64,000 bases of DNA from Eledone cirrhosa (GCA_964016885.1 OZ024745.1:97154001-97218000), one strand, 5' to 3'; positions 14,208 through 29,077 are shown, counted from the stretch's first letter. The notes: generated by a model not told the origin, from the sequence alone. A program made the numbers and translations.

Positions 14208-14215
<8 letters not shown>
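14020..14215 (-). mobile_element. PLE pseudo-LTR fragment with 5' inversion (same family as 46665-46851)
   Basis: Near-identical, in reverse complement, to 46665-46851. Internal inversion centred ~14152. Partial HHR core CTGATGA...GAAT-GAAA-CAGTTC-TA. Confidence 0.8.
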
Positions 14216-14254
<39 letters not shown>

Positions 14255-14959
14255 CAAGAAACAAAGACCCTGAATTTTATTCTAGGGCAATGAAATATTT
14301 TGGACATCCATTGTAATACTTTATTAAAAGTATTACAACGTTAATGATGTGAACTGTCTCCAACCGGGTATTAAACTCGCAATGGGGGTGTCAGCTGGCC
14401 TGGGGGGAAGGGCTTACCTGTTTCTCTACAGCCTTAAACGTTACATTCTCAAAATATTTCTATTCATTCATTCATTCAACATCGACATGTTTGTAAATGG
14501 AAATTTAGAAATTAAAAATTAAAATACAAACTAATTATGAAGAGTTCCAAGCATAACTGACTGAATAAATTGACTACATATCAGATATGTGATATTTAAA
14601 GCATATTTCATTAATATTGATAATTATCTCATGAGATAAAACGATATTCGATTCGGTATAAATATCCTTAATTATATCCGACAATTTTTACTTTACGTGA
14701 GGAATATGTGATTGCAGTTTATTTCTGGTCTTTTCTTGGCAATCAGTGAGGTAATGCAGAGATTAAATGGAGATAGACGGTTTTTGCTTTTTCTCCTCGC
14801 CTATCTTTCTTAATTTTTCTTTTTGTTTCTCTTTCCATCTCTTTCTCTCTTTCCGTTTATCTATTAATCTGTTTATCTGTCCATCTATCACATTCTCCTG
14901 CTAACTATCACTGTATTTGTCTTCTGTCTCTGAGTCATTCAGCCTCGCTAACTCTGTTA

Positions 14960-15960
14960 CACACATACACATACATATAATATAAACATACACATGCACA
15001 CACATACCATACACATACATATAATATAAATATACACATGCACACACATACCATACACATGCATATATAAACATACACATACACTGACATACCATACACA
15101 TGCATATATAAACATACACATACACTGACATACCATACACATACATATAATATAAACATACGCATACACTGACATACCATACACATGCATATATAAACAT
15201 ACACATACACTGACATACCATACACATGCATATATAAACATACACATACACTGACATACCATACACATGCATATATAAACATACACATACACTGACATAC
15301 CATACACATGCATATATAAACATACACATACACTGACATACCATACACATGCATATATAAACATACACATACACTGACATGCCATACACATGCATATATA
15401 AACATACACATGCACACACATACCATACATATGCATATATAAACATACACATACACTGACATACCATACACATGCATATATAAACATACACTAACATACC
15501 ATACACATGCATATATAAACATACACATACACTGACATACCATACATATGCATATATAAACATACACATACACTGACATACCATACACATGCATATATAA
15601 ACATACACATACACTGACATACCATACACATGCATATATAAACATACACATACACTGACATAGCATACACATGCATATATAAACATACACATGCACACAC
15701 ACATACTATACATATATAAACATGCCCATACACACACATACCATACATATATAAACATATCCATACACACACATACCATACATATATAAACATACCCATA
15801 CACACACATACCATACATATATAAACATATCCATACACACACATACCATACATATATAAACATATCCATACACACACATACCATACATATATAAACTTAC
15901 CCATACACACACATACCATATACATACATATATAAACATACACATACACATACATACACA
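14960..15960. repeat. ~40-45 bp CA/TA-rich minisatellite
   Basis: Tandem CATACCATACACATGCATATATAAACATACACATACACTGA-like units. The 327-aa ORF here is an artefact of the repeat. Confidence 0.95.
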
Positions 15961-16494
15961 TACACATACATATATAAACATACACATACACACACACAAA
16001 CAGACATCACACATACACATATACATACACATACTCATACACACACACACACCCAAACAGTCACACACACATACACATACACATACACAGACTCATACAC
16101 ACACATGCATATATGAATATAATACATATACACACATACAAACAGGCACACACACACACATATACACAAACAAACATACAAACACACACGCACACACTTA
16201 TATGCGAGCTCACGTGTATGCATGAGTGTATGCGTGTGTGCATGCACGTATGAATGTGTTTATAAGTGTGCGTGCATGTATGTGTGTGTATGCATGCGTG
16301 TGTGTATGTATGCGTGTGTAATATTTAAACAAGGACCTATGCATTCACATATTTCCTAAAACATTAAAACATTAATAAAAATGTTCAAACTTTATAGACA
16401 AACACCCTCTGAAATAGAAGGGAAAATGTTACTTCAGATACCAAAGATCTTATCATTCCTCGGCATCATACTCATTCTATAGAAATTAAACGTG

Positions 16495-16901
16495 TTGTGT
16501 GTTGATACTTCATCATTGCGTAGTGTTTCAAAGTTAACCTGTGAAACACGCTCTTTTCTCCTTGTGTATAACACCACTCTAGATGAATTACACGATCTTT
16601 AAAAATGCCACTTACATGTTCTAAGTAGAATAATGTGTTGATTGTTCATCATTGCGTAGTGTTTCAAAGTTAACCTGTGAAACACGCTCTTTTCTCCTTA
16701 TGTATAACACCACTCTAGATGAATTACACGATCTTTAAAAATGGCACTTACATGTTCTAAGTAGAATAATGTGTTGATTGTTCATCATTGCGTAGTGTTT
16801 CAAAGTTAACCTGTGAAACACGCTCTTTTCTCCTTGTGTATAACACCACTCTAGATGAATTACACGATCTTTACAAAGGCCACTTACATGTTCTAAGTAG
16901 A
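16495..16901. repeat. Three tandem copies of a 136-bp unit
   Basis: ttcatcattgcgtagtgtttcaaagttaacc recurs at 16509, 16645 and 16781. Confidence 0.95.
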
Positions 16902-17955
16902 AAGAATGAAGATATAAAAAATACTCAATGTCTTGGAGAATGGTTATCAAAACAATGAGTTAGCTCAATAAACCATCCTATAGCCTACATAACATATTTA
17001 TCGATGCATGTTGTTAATATGAAAGCTTTTGGTGTTGTCATTACGGTTCACACAAATAGTATTTAAATCACATCAACAAACTTCTTACTAATATAATTTC
17101 CTATTGATATATTTTTTTAAGAAAAGTTATTGCAATACTCGAGACAGCGTTATCTAATGTTGCTTTTAAAATAGAGTGAAGTGATTTGAAGACGTTATTT
17201 CAATACTCAAGATTGAAAGAATCATTATTTCAAACCTTATGTCAAGTCACTCGCGAGTGCTACTGGTAACGTGTAACCCAGTGCAACCTGTCGGATGGTC
17301 GGGTTGTCGGCGACTAAACCGGCGACCGCACCAAGTTTACTTGGTGAGGAGGGTGATTTTGGACACCCTGCAGGACAAAAAACAAAACCTGACAAAGGCC
17401 ATCTAAAAAAAAAAATCCTGCCAAATCAATGGGTGGCAGTAGTTCCAGCTGCACACATCGAAAGACTGGTGTAGTGGTTCTGAGAACGATGCGGCTTTGC
17501 AGATGATCAATGCAAATTGACAATGAAAAGGTGCTCCCGCTCGAGTTAGAAAAGAACTATTGACCTTCATGAGAAGCAGTGACCCATGATTGTATTCAGC
17601 AACCGAAACAAATATGAAGTACACCAAATCCAATACTCCTAGGGGCGGCCCTGGTTCTTCTTATTTGCGAGTGTAAACTCGGCCAGATTAGATAGATTAG
17701 GTTCTTCAAAACCCGAATGTGCAGTTACCCATTGTTACTTTCAATGTAGAATGAAGCAATTTAATGAAACATTATTTCAATACTGGATATAACATTATCT
17801 AATGTTGATTTTAAAATACAATGACGTGCTTTGAAGAAATGATATTTCAATCCTGGACAACGCGTCTTCAGTATTTGAAGAAACATTCTTTCAAAATTAG
17901 GGTGTTGAGGTAAGAAGAATACCTTGATATCCGGTGAGGCATGCTTTGGCACCGG

Positions 17956-18048
<93 letters not shown>

Positions 18049-18057
18049 GTATGTATT

Positions 18058-18182
18058 AAATTGAAATGAAAACCAACAGTTGCGTGTGTTTTTTTGTATG
18101 CAGCATGACCTTCCCAAAGTATAACAATATCTGTTTAACACACGTTTCATGCAAGAAATCTTGCTAAACAAATACAAAAACG
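18058..18182 (+). mobile_element. Solo 3' tail of PLE family 2 pseudo-LTR
   Basis: Homologous to 27375-27499 (gcgtgtgttt...catgacc...aaagtataacaatatc...aacacacgttt...aatcttgctaaacaaat). Confidence 0.7.
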
Positions 18183-18206
18183 AAGTATATTTATACACAT
18201 ATATAT

Positions 18207-18246
<40 letters not shown>

Positions 18247-18463
18247 GTGTTTGTGTGCATAGAAGAATTAAAAACAAAAGTCAGGTATAGGTAGATAGTT
18301 AGTTCATTGTTTTACGATCGTTTCAGAGGGTCGATTGATCGATGAAGACTGATGTATCGACTAGCATGGTAGTGGTTAGGTTACTACCTATATCTAGTCT
18401 CGAAATATTTGTTCAATCACACGCGCGCGCGCACGCACACACATACACACAGACACACATGTC

Positions 18464-18508
<45 letters not shown>

Positions 18509-18509
18509 T

Positions 18510-18553
<44 letters not shown>

Positions 18554-18832
18554 CACACATATATATATATACATATACATATATATTTATATTTATATAT
18601 ATATATATATTTATTTATTTATTTATTTAGTTATGTAATAAACAACATAAGATAATTATTTTATTTACCAGTGGTTTCTTGAAGACAGATATTGTATCTG
18701 TCTTCAGTCATCAGAAGGAATAAAAAAAAACATGGAGTTTTTATTAAATATGGATTTGAAAATAAAATTTAGGAAATATGAAAGATAGGCTGAAAAAACC
18801 GGCGAAAAGGAAATAGGGGGAAAAAAATAATA

Positions 18833-19080
<248 letters not shown>

Positions 19081-19603
19081 TATATTATGTCAGGTCACCA
19101 GTTGGTACTACTAGTAAAATGTATCCCAGTACAACCTGCAGGACTAAAAACAAAACCTGTCAAAGGACAAAGGAGCTCTTAAGAGTCAATGGCCATCCAA
19201 AATCACCGGGAGAGATGACCCCTTAGCCTTTGTCAAGGCAGAATTCTAGGAGAAGGAAAACTCTGATATATCCAATGGTATCCAATGATGTTGACTTGTT
19301 CTTCTTTTTGGTAAATATCATCTTAGTTAAGAGAGTGGGACTGGCTTTGTGCAGTGCCTTTGCTCACTATAAAAGCTTCACGGCAAAGGCATTGTTTTAT
19401 ATCTGGAAATCTCTCTGCACTTGTCGTCACATGGTACCATGGGCCCAGCACTATGTGTCAATAATTGTCACAAGTGTAGTGTTTGTACCAGAGTTTTCAA
19501 GTCACTGGCTGGACTAAAAAGTCACACTCGTTCAGCGCATCGGTAGGGGTTCTCCTACATGGATATAAAGTAGTGGCCGTACTCGAAAACGAGTTGGCAG
19601 CCA

Positions 19604-19642
<39 letters not shown>

Positions 19643-19683
19643 CGAAACATAAGTCAATTGCATGAACTCATAATCCTTTATTT

Positions 19684-19739
19684 ACTGCTATATATATTTC
19701 GATGATAGCCATTGAATGACTATGACCTCATCAGGCAGT
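19684..19739 (-). ncRNA. Type I hammerhead ribozyme (palindromic stem III)
   Basis: ACTGC-CTGATGA-GGTCATAGTCAT tca ATGGCTATCATC-GAAA-TATATA-TA-GCAGT, with stem I ACTGC/GCAGT. Confidence 0.85.
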
Positions 19740-20198
19740 TAGTCAGTTCTTAGATATGCTAGCTCTGTGTGTATAGTGTTGATGGTATCAGACCCTTGGG
19801 ACATATGAGCTTGTTAGGAATACTTTGATGTTGTCAGCAGGAATAGTCTTGATTCTCATTGGTCAGTTTGTAGATGGTAGTAGGGTTGGTATTTGACCTC
19901 AAAGAGGCAGGTGGTTCTGTAAGGTTCAAACCATCAGGCAAGATGACAATAGTTCCACATGACTGATTTTCACAAAAGGCATTCTTGGTCAGGTATATTT
20001 TCAAATAAGGTTAATAGTATGAAATAGATACTACAGGTCATTCTTAAATTGAGGAATTTATGTGGAGTGGTGCTACTGAAAATTATGGTTGGAGTAGAAA
20101 TTTTACAAATAAAAAGGGTTATGTTGGTTGGCTTGCACTACACTCACACCCACCTCCACAGACACACACATCCAGACATACAAAAAGTAGGGTGGTAA

Positions 20199-20725
20199 TC
20201 TATATATATAAAGCTGTGGTTGTCTGTCTGTCTATCGATTTTTGGCACACATCTCCTCTTAGAATCTCTGACGGAATTGCACCGAAATTGCTATACTTGT
20301 ACATTGAGCCCTAGTGAAGACATCGGAAAAAAAATATTTCAAATTGACCCACCCTATGTGACGAAATCGAATCTAATGTATCGATTTTTGAGCGTAAGTG
20401 ACGAGTTATTTCCCTTTGTTCTGTTTACATTGAGCGTCTTACGTTGTTTTTCTCTGCGTTGCAGTGTTTACATTTTCGATCTTTGTTAATAAATAACCAG
20501 TGCAGTTTTTATCCCCAGCATCCTCTTTTGTTATAACATTCGGGTTATCGTTATGTTTTCTTAACTTCATAAGGCATATTGTTGGTTGAGGGAATATTAA
20601 TCAAAAACACCACATGCAAGTCTGCACAGTAGACACTACAGTTTTTAAGCCAAAAAAGAAACTTAACATTGTAACTTTAACACAGCTACTGAGCGACCCC
20701 GAGCAACGCCGGGCTTTACTGCTAG
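20199..20725 (+). mobile_element. Non-autonomous Helitron
   Basis: Starts A|TCTATATATATAAA. Subterminal hairpin cccgagcaacgccggg (20698-20713). Ends CTAG|T. No TSD. Confidence 0.85.
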
Positions 20726-20882
20726 TACTTAATATAATGGTTAGCGTCCAATACTTAGAGAGTCTAGAAAATTTAGAAATACTTGTACATACACTCACAC
20801 CTACCCCCTCAAACACTCACACATCTACACACACAAATCCACACAGGTGTGTATATATATGCATGCATGTACGCACAAGTAT

Positions 20883-20960
<78 letters not shown>

Positions 20961-20965
<5 letters not shown>

Positions 20966-21607
20966 TAAGTTAAAGTGTACATCTACATATGTATACGGAA
21001 GTATTAGTATGCATATAAATACACACATGTATACATATGTACATGTACTCAGTTTTTCACTAGACACTTTACAGTGAGTGTCAGCTAGTCTGTATGTAAC
21101 CACACAGACGGACCGGGTTTTAGAGTCATACGAGTTTTCAAGGAAACACATTTCCTCTATTCTCCAGAGGGCCAGACAGGAATATTGGACTAGTTTCGAT
21201 GTTATTACATCTCATCAGCAATATTTACCCATCTTCCGGCTTCTCTGGAGAATTGTAAAAGCACATATCGTTATATGCTTTTTCTATGAAAATTAGTAGT
21301 GGGTAGACTAATTTGCATAGAACGTGAGTCATTGTACGCACCGGTTCAGCTGATGAGATGTAATAACATCGAAACTAGTCCAATATTCCTGTCTGGCCCT
21401 CTGGAGAATAGAGGAAATGTGTTTCCTTGAAAACTCGTATGACTCTAAAACCCGGTCCGTCTGTGTGGTTACATACAGACTAGCTGACACTCACTGTAAA
21501 GTGTCTAGTGAAAAACTGAGTACATGTACATATGTATACATGTGTGTATTTATATGCATACTAATACTTCCGTATACATATGTAGATGTACACTTTAACT
21601 TAATTGT
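20961..21607. mobile_element. 259-bp perfect inverted repeat (inverted pLTR-like insertion) next to (TA)n
   Basis: 20961-21219 is the reverse complement of 21349-21607. The right arm begins at the HHR core. Confidence 0.9.
21181..21225 (-). ncRNA. Minimal type I hammerhead ribozyme
   Basis: AATATTG-CTGATGA-GATGT aata ACATC-GAAA-CTAG-TC-CAATATT: canonical core, GUC site, 4-nt palindromic stem III. The plus-strand copy at 21349-21387 lacks the 5' strand of stem I. Confidence 0.92.
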
Positions 21608-21672
21608 TTAAGCGTCAGTCATACAAAAGTGAGTTAGAAGCGAAACGAAATTTAATTTCGTTTCGTTATTTG

Positions 21673-21719
<47 letters not shown>

Positions 21720-22032
21720 TGTGTATATATATATGTGTATTTTATATGTGTATGTATGCGTATTTTATATGTGTGCGTATCTGTATGTATATATTTTATA
21801 TATATATGTGTGTATGTGTGTATTTTTTTTATATATATATACCAGGTGGTGCTATTAAGTTAGACATAGCCTGGGCCAATACTGGCCAAAACATTTCAAA
21901 GTTATTCAAAGTTATATATATGTATGTTTTACGTGTGTATATATTTTGTGTGTGTGTATTCTATGTATATATATTTTTTTTATATTTTTGTATGTATATA
22001 TTTTATATATATGTATGTTCTGTGTATATATA

Positions 22033-22100
<68 letters not shown>

Positions 22101-22106
<6 letters not shown>

Positions 22107-25100
22107 CCATATCGGAGAAAGCTTTTTAGTGATACTCCGGCCAAATTCCAACTCACTCAACAAACATTAGGAAATAAGTGATTATATTCCCAATTATGCG
22201 TTCACCAGAATTCCACCGTTCAAAATGCGTTCAAAGAATGGAATGAACTGAATCTGGAAAAAGAAGCTTTCAAAAAAAGAAACCAAATGAGAAATATTTG
22301 GAACCAAATACTAAGCCAAAGAAAACAGGCATACTGGAAAGCCTTGAGGAGTGAAAACCTAGCGGACACATATGAGATATGGCGATAAAGAACAAGTAAT
22401 CCTCCCGAGAAAATTCCGGATTAAAGAAATAGCATCAGAACCAAATGAAGAAACCAAAATAAGACAAAATCTAGCACTGCAGAAACTTGTGACAGAAATC
22501 ACTCTACTCCGTCTAAGAGTGCCAAAATTTAAGGAGAAATTCGAAAAATGTGACACCACCGTTAGAGAAGAAATAAACAAAAGAAGCATCGGTAATGTAC
22601 GAGAAAAACTCTTTGATCTTTGGAAGAATGATGCAACCAGAGAGGAATTGAAATCAAAGAAAATCTTGGAGTCAAGAACACAATGGCTTCAAGAATATGA
22701 AAAAAACTATGGGAATGTCCAAATAAAATCGGAAAAACAAGCCCATAAGAAACCCTCAAATTCGGGAATATACAAAAACACAAGAAATGAAGAATTCTCA
22801 CACAATAAACAAACATCAACCAGAAATCGGAAAATCCCAAACACACAATTATACACAAACTGAACACCAGAACCAAATACAACTACTATCAAAACCACAA
22901 GAACAATTACCAGCTGCAAAATCGGAGGCATATGGTGACCGAACGGAGTATCAGAAGAACTAGACCCCCATATATCAACCACCAAACAAAATACTACCGT
23001 TCGGAAAATTGTTAGCAGGGAATGCCAGCGAGCGGAAAGTTTCACCGCAACAAAAACACAGCTACCTCAAATGAGAATTGTTATTTTTTAGAACAAGGTG
23101 CCTCCCACCAAATGCAAGGAAGAAGGAGAGAAACACCACCTTTCAAGTGGCAGCCGACGAGAAAACTCCGGAGGAACCAAAAATAATCAACATATCGGCA
23201 AAAAAACTAACACAACAGGAAATAAAATTGCTAGAAAATGGACTGAAATTCACACCCACTCCAAAAGCAGATGAAGCCGACCTTATAAAAGACACAGAAG
23301 ATTTTTGTCAAAAATTACGTCTAGGAGAATTCTTCCAAGGTGTAGAATACAAGGAGGAATCACTAGTAAGAAACAAAAAGAACTTCAGGCCTCCGTTAAA
23401 TAGAGACAAACACCTGGAGGACTACATAATCTGCCTCCGACGATCGGCACAGTCAAATACTGCAGAGACAAAACACAAACACAACATCCCTACAGACCAA
23501 CTGCAAGCACTAAACAAACTACAAAAAGACTCCTCAATAATCATAAAAGAAGCGGACAAAGGTGGAGCAATCATCATCATGGACAAAAACTACTACAAGG
23601 ATATAGTCCTAGAACAGCTGAATAACGAGGAATTTTACAGAAAAATCAGCAAAAACGAAGAAAGAAAATCGATGATTAAAGTAGGCAAACTGACGACCAA
23701 GTACCAAAACAACTTCACGCTAAAGGAAATCAATTACTTAACCAACTTCGAAATGAAAACCAGCAACTTCTATGATTTACCAAAGGTTCACAAATCCAGA
23801 GAAATCCAAAACAACATAAAAGGCAAAAATACATCATATGTTGAAGTACCAAAACCGACAGATTTAAAATTACGTCCAATTGTTGCCGGTCCAGCCTCAA
23901 GCACACAACGTCTAAGAAACCTATTAGACATCATACTGAAACCCTTATGTGGAAAAGTGCCAAGCTTCCTCAGAGATGATATGGAATTCCTGAACTATAT
24001 CCCCCAGAAAGTACACCAAGAAACAATCTTAGTCAGCTTTGACGTAACAAACTTATATACTAACATCCCACACGACTTAGGGGATGAAGCTGTTGACTTC
24101 TGGATTACAAAACATCCAGACTACATTTCAGAGAGATTCCCCAAAAAATTCATTTTGGAAGGACTCAAACTAGTACTGGAGAACAACCACTTCCTTTTTG
24201 ATAACTAACTATATTTACAAATAAAAGTAACGGCCACGGGTACCAAAGTAGCTCCAACATATGCAACACTCGTTATGGGCCACCTGGAGGTAAAATTTAA
24301 ATTCCAAACTGCAGGAAACATTCAGTAATGGCTTCGCCACCTACATTAATCACAACTGGAAACGCTACCTAGACGACTGCTTCATCTTCTGGAATAGAAG
24401 CCAAGAAGACCTTCAAAGATTCCATTCCCTCATAAACAATCTTCACAAAGAAATAAAATTCACCATGCAATGTAATAAAAAGGAACTACCCTTTCTGGAT
24501 ATCCTTATCATTAAGGAAGGGGAAAATATCAAAACGGACTTATTTTACAAACCAACAGACACACACCAATACTTGAATTTCCGTTCAGCACACCCATCAC
24601 ATGCCAACAGGAACATTCCTTTTAACATGGCAAGACGCATCTGCACCATAGTAACACACCCCGCACTACAGGAAAAAAGATTATATGAATTAAAAAAGTT
24701 TCTTAAGAGACAAGAATATCCGGTGAACCTCATCAACACAGCCATCTCTAAAGCCCAGAACATCCGTGACAACACTGAGAAAAACAAAGCAACAAAATAG
24801 AATGGAAAAATCAGTTATCCCTTTTGTCATCACTCACAACCCAAGGAACTTCAACATTGTAAAAGCCGCCAAACAATATCTCCCGATTCTCCAGCAGTCC
24901 CCCAAAATGAATGCACTCATAAAAGACGCACAAATTATATATAGTAGACGCCAAGCACCCAACCTAAAGAAACTGCTTACCAAGGCAAAATGTACGTCTA
25001 ATAATGAAGCAATGCAAGAAATGCATTAAGAAATGGGGGGACCCTCGATGGGGAACTTGCGAACTCATTGAAGAGGGTGAACAAATCTCCTTTAAAAACA

Positions 25101-25560
25101 ACCAGACTTTCACAGTTAATGCAAACATGAATTGCAAAACAAAAAACTTGATTTACTGTGCAACCTGCCCACAATGTAAAGAGTAGTACATTTATGTACT
25201 CGAACTCTGTCATGAGTTCGAGTACATAAACAACAAATTAGAGACCCCCTGTCAGAAACACCACATGCAGTGAACACTTCGCAACATGCGGAAAGGAAAA
25301 TTTCACAATTTTCCCCTTCTTTAAGATATGGTCGGACAACGAACACTTTTGAAAATATAAAGAAGAATTCTTTATTAGAAAATACGAACCACTACTGAAC
25401 ACAAAAAAGTGATATTCCATTTTCAAGCAACGGGATTCTCACCCTCTTTTTTCTTTAAAAAAATCTTATATTGAAAAAGAAAAATAATTGATGACATCCG
25501 TACTTTCAAACATTCGATCGCTGAAGAGAAGAAAAACCCTCAGAGGTGCAATAACATTGC
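22101..25560 (+). mobile_element. Near full-length decayed Penelope-like element (family 1, Neptune-like)
   Basis: LENGLKFTPTP, IKEADKGGAIII, LPKVHK, RPIVAG, SFDVTNLYTNIP (23078-24208). GTKVAPTYA and RYLDD (~24365). LPFLD/FYKPTD thumb (24465-24800). Cys-rich linker and GIY-YIG remnant IYCATCPQC..YI (~25150). Stops and frameshifts present. Confidence 0.93.
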
Positions 25561-25705
25561 ATTAATTTCTCCTTCTCCACACCAATGTATATATGAACTT
25601 AAAAACACTTGAGTGGATGCGTATAGATATATGTATGTATAGATGTGTTTTTTTTATATATGTGCCTGTAGGCATACAGATATATGTTTACATGTTTATG
25701 TGTAT

Positions 25706-27497
25706 GTGTGCTATGTTCTCTAATTTACCCTTATGTTCTATTTTAGCATGTTGGTAGATTACAGATGATTCTTTACTATCTTGAAGGTCTCGCCAGTGTT
25801 CATTTATCCGTTCCCCTATACTACGAGCTGTCTCACCTATGTACACTATATTCTTATCTCTACATTGTCCTTCAGTACATCTTATGCTATATACTACATT
25901 TCTAGTTTTACAGTTAATATGGGGGTTTAATTTACAGATTATCCATTTCTTATCTATACAGGGAGGTCTTTGAAAATGGTATGTATTGCTTAATAAGTGT
26001 TTTTATGGAGGTACCTGGTCTTTCTACTATCTAAGATAATTCACCTCTAGGGGTTGTATCGATGAACATTACACTCTGGTATTTATTGCTATCATACCAT
26101 GAGTTTATTCTATTAACCTTATTCCGAGTTCTTTCTATTCTATTCCAAAATTTGCTCCTATTCAAGGGGCAGGTCCTATTTGTGTCATTATTTACCATTG
26201 TTTCCCATTTGGTTCTGGCTCCTCTATATACTCTGATTTTATCTCTCTGATTGTAACCAGAGAACTGCATAGGGTGGATGAAGTGTTGTATGTGTCTCTC
26301 TAGTTCTTTAGGGTTGCAAATACGGGACACGTTTCTCATCACCCGTTCCAAATCCGCAATCAGTATGTTGATTTTGGTATGGTCCGAAACAGCTGAGTTT
26401 CGGTGGATCAGATATTTGGAAGTCATGGGTTTGGCATGATGGGAATGGAGGATTTGTTTTTTGTTATTAATTGTATCTAACCAGAGCTCTGTATCTAGTA
26501 CAGGTAATCGATGGTTGGGGTGTTTGCTTGGGTAGTCTATAGTAACTCTAATACTCTGGTGGATGGAGTTAGCTATTTGCTGGATGCTTTCCATGGTGTT
26601 TTTCTCTAATCCCTGACTGTTCTCTAGTGGGGGTGTTTTTACTACGATGTTTATATCATCAACGTAGCGGGAGTACATTATCAGGGTTAAGGGGTTGCTG
26701 TATTCTAATTGTTCTTTAAGTTTAAGTTTAAGTCTATTGTCCCACCATACCATGAATAGGTTAGCTATATCACCTGCAATGCTAACACCAATGGCTGCTC
26801 CCTAGTATAGGGGAACGGATAAATGAACACTGGCGAGACCTTCAAGATAGTAAAGAATCATCTGTACTCTACCAACATGCTAAAATAGAACATAAGGGTA
26901 AATTAGAGAACATAGAAATAAAAATAGAATCTACACACAGAAAAGACGCAATGTTTAGACAAATCACAGAGGCAATAAACATAAATGAACACCAACCAAA
27001 ATTAAATAGAAAACTTTAATGGAGCAGCAACATCACAACTTACAATTAAGGACAAAATGAAAACCCACACGCATATAGAACAAACAACCAACCAGTAACA
27101 TGTAAACAAACAAATAAATAAACAAATATAAACACACACAGACACCCAGATGTAACACATGCGCAAACTAAGCACACAACACACACAAAAACAAGATGGC
27201 GTAGGATAGAACAAAGGAGAGGCACAAAAACAAAGAAAAGAATCCCCAGTCACTGAAGAGGTCACAGAATGTGTGACGAAAGAACTTTGACAATATATAA
27301 ACAATCATCTAGTTGTGGAACCAACCAACCAACCGGAAATTTATAAATTCCTAAATTTATAAATTTATTATAATAAATTGAAGTGAAAACATTTGGTGCG
27401 TGTGTTTCTTATTGGCAACATGACCCACCCAAAGTATAACAATATCAGTTTCAACACACGTTTTCAGATAAAGAATCTTGCTAAACAAATTCAGAAA

Positions 27498-27499
<2 letters not shown>
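25706..27499. mobile_element. Penelope-like element family 2: minus-strand RT/EN fragment (26800->25706) plus inverted plus-strand 3' end/pLTR (26802-27499)
   Basis: ORF 26031-26753(-): YSRYVDD, LPVLDTELW, KPMTSK, MQFSGY. GIY-YIG VYSIRC..VYIGETARS. 26802-26915 is the reverse complement of ~25710-25822. Confidence 0.9.
27249..27291 (+). ncRNA. Minimal HHR motif in PLE family 2 pLTR
   Basis: GTCA-CTGAAGA-gGTCACA gaatg TGTGAC-GAAA-GAAC-TT-TGAC. Homologues at 29905-29947 and 44535-44577. Stem III is not palindromic and the site is UU, so activity is uncertain. Confidence 0.75.
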
Positions 27500-27565
<66 letters not shown>

Positions 27566-27637
27566 GTGTATAAGATATATGTGTATAAGATATGTATAAG
27601 AATATGTGTTTAGTTTGTATGTGTATGTGTGTATAAG

Positions 27638-27672
<35 letters not shown>

Positions 27673-28985
27673 CGTGTGTGTGTATGTGTGTATATATATA
27701 TGTGCGTGTGTGTGCATGTATATATATATATATGTATATATATATAAAAATATATGTGTGTCTGTATAATATGTATATATGTGTTTGGTGTATGTATATG
27801 TGGTATATGTGTGTATATATATATATGTATGTATATATATGTGTGCATATATGTAGTGTATATATATATATATATGGTTTGTGTATATATGTGTATAAAA
27901 TATATGTAAAATGTGTGTATATATATATGGGTGTATATGTATATGTGTGTGTATATATGTGTATGTGTGTGTACGTATATGTGTGTGTATATATATATAT
28001 ATGTATATATATATGTATGTGTATGTATATATATATATATGTATGTGTGTGTGTATATATATGTATATACATGTGGGTGTGTATGCGTATGTATGTGTGT
28101 GTGTATGTATATATATATATGTGTATATAAGTATGTATATATGTGTTATGTGTTTTAATGTAGCATATATGGACTGTAGATACATTTACATATAGGAAAG
28201 TGAATATGTGAGCCAGCATGTCCCCCCACACTTCCTCTCCCAGACCAATATCAACAACACATCTTTGACAAATATTCCCAAACTATCCTTCTTTTCTCTT
28301 TTTCCTGTCATCCCGTTCTTATCAAAAGACATGTATCTTACACCTCATTAAAACCCAGACAAGCACCTAAATTAATCTTTGATATAGAAATCTGTAGAAG
28401 ATATTCTTTATGGATTTGGAAGAGTTGATTCAGCTATGCCATTATATACTCATCAAAGGTGAGAAATAAAACCAGCAGGAGAGTAGGTTTATGACTACCT
28501 TCTCAAACACCCTTATCTTACAACCTCACCATTTTCTGAGCGTATATATATGTGTGTGTGTGTGTATGTGTGTGCGTGTGTGAGTGTACGTGTGTGTGTG
28601 TGTGTATGTATGTATACTTTAATTCCTCCGGACCTTCATCATCATCAACACTCATTAACACCACACGACACACGCCAGACACATCCAAATCTCTCTCTCA
28701 TATATATAGTCACACATTTCCACACAACCTGATCTCAGTTTGACAATCGCCACAGACAGACGAATGCGAGAAAGTTCTCCAGCCCAAGTTAACCAGGAAT
28801 CTCTAAAATTCTTCCCACCGAAGTTAACAAAGAACTTACTGGATCTACCAACTCTACAAAGTTATAATATAATATTATAATATTATATTATAACATTAAA
28901 TCATAAATTTTTTAACACTACAAGTGAAGTCATTCTTTTCCTTTTTTCAAATATACGTAACTGTACCAAATATCTCACACATTTA

Positions 28986-29077
<92 letters not shown>

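Noticed and set aside
14901-16068. Long Cys/Val/Met/Tyr-rich ORFs (up to 327 aa)
   Set aside because: Open in several frames because the minisatellite lacks stop codons. No domain signal.
18674-18712. HHR candidate around tgaagacagata-ttg-tatctgtcttca
   Set aside because: A simple hairpin. GAAA is out of register and there is no stem I.
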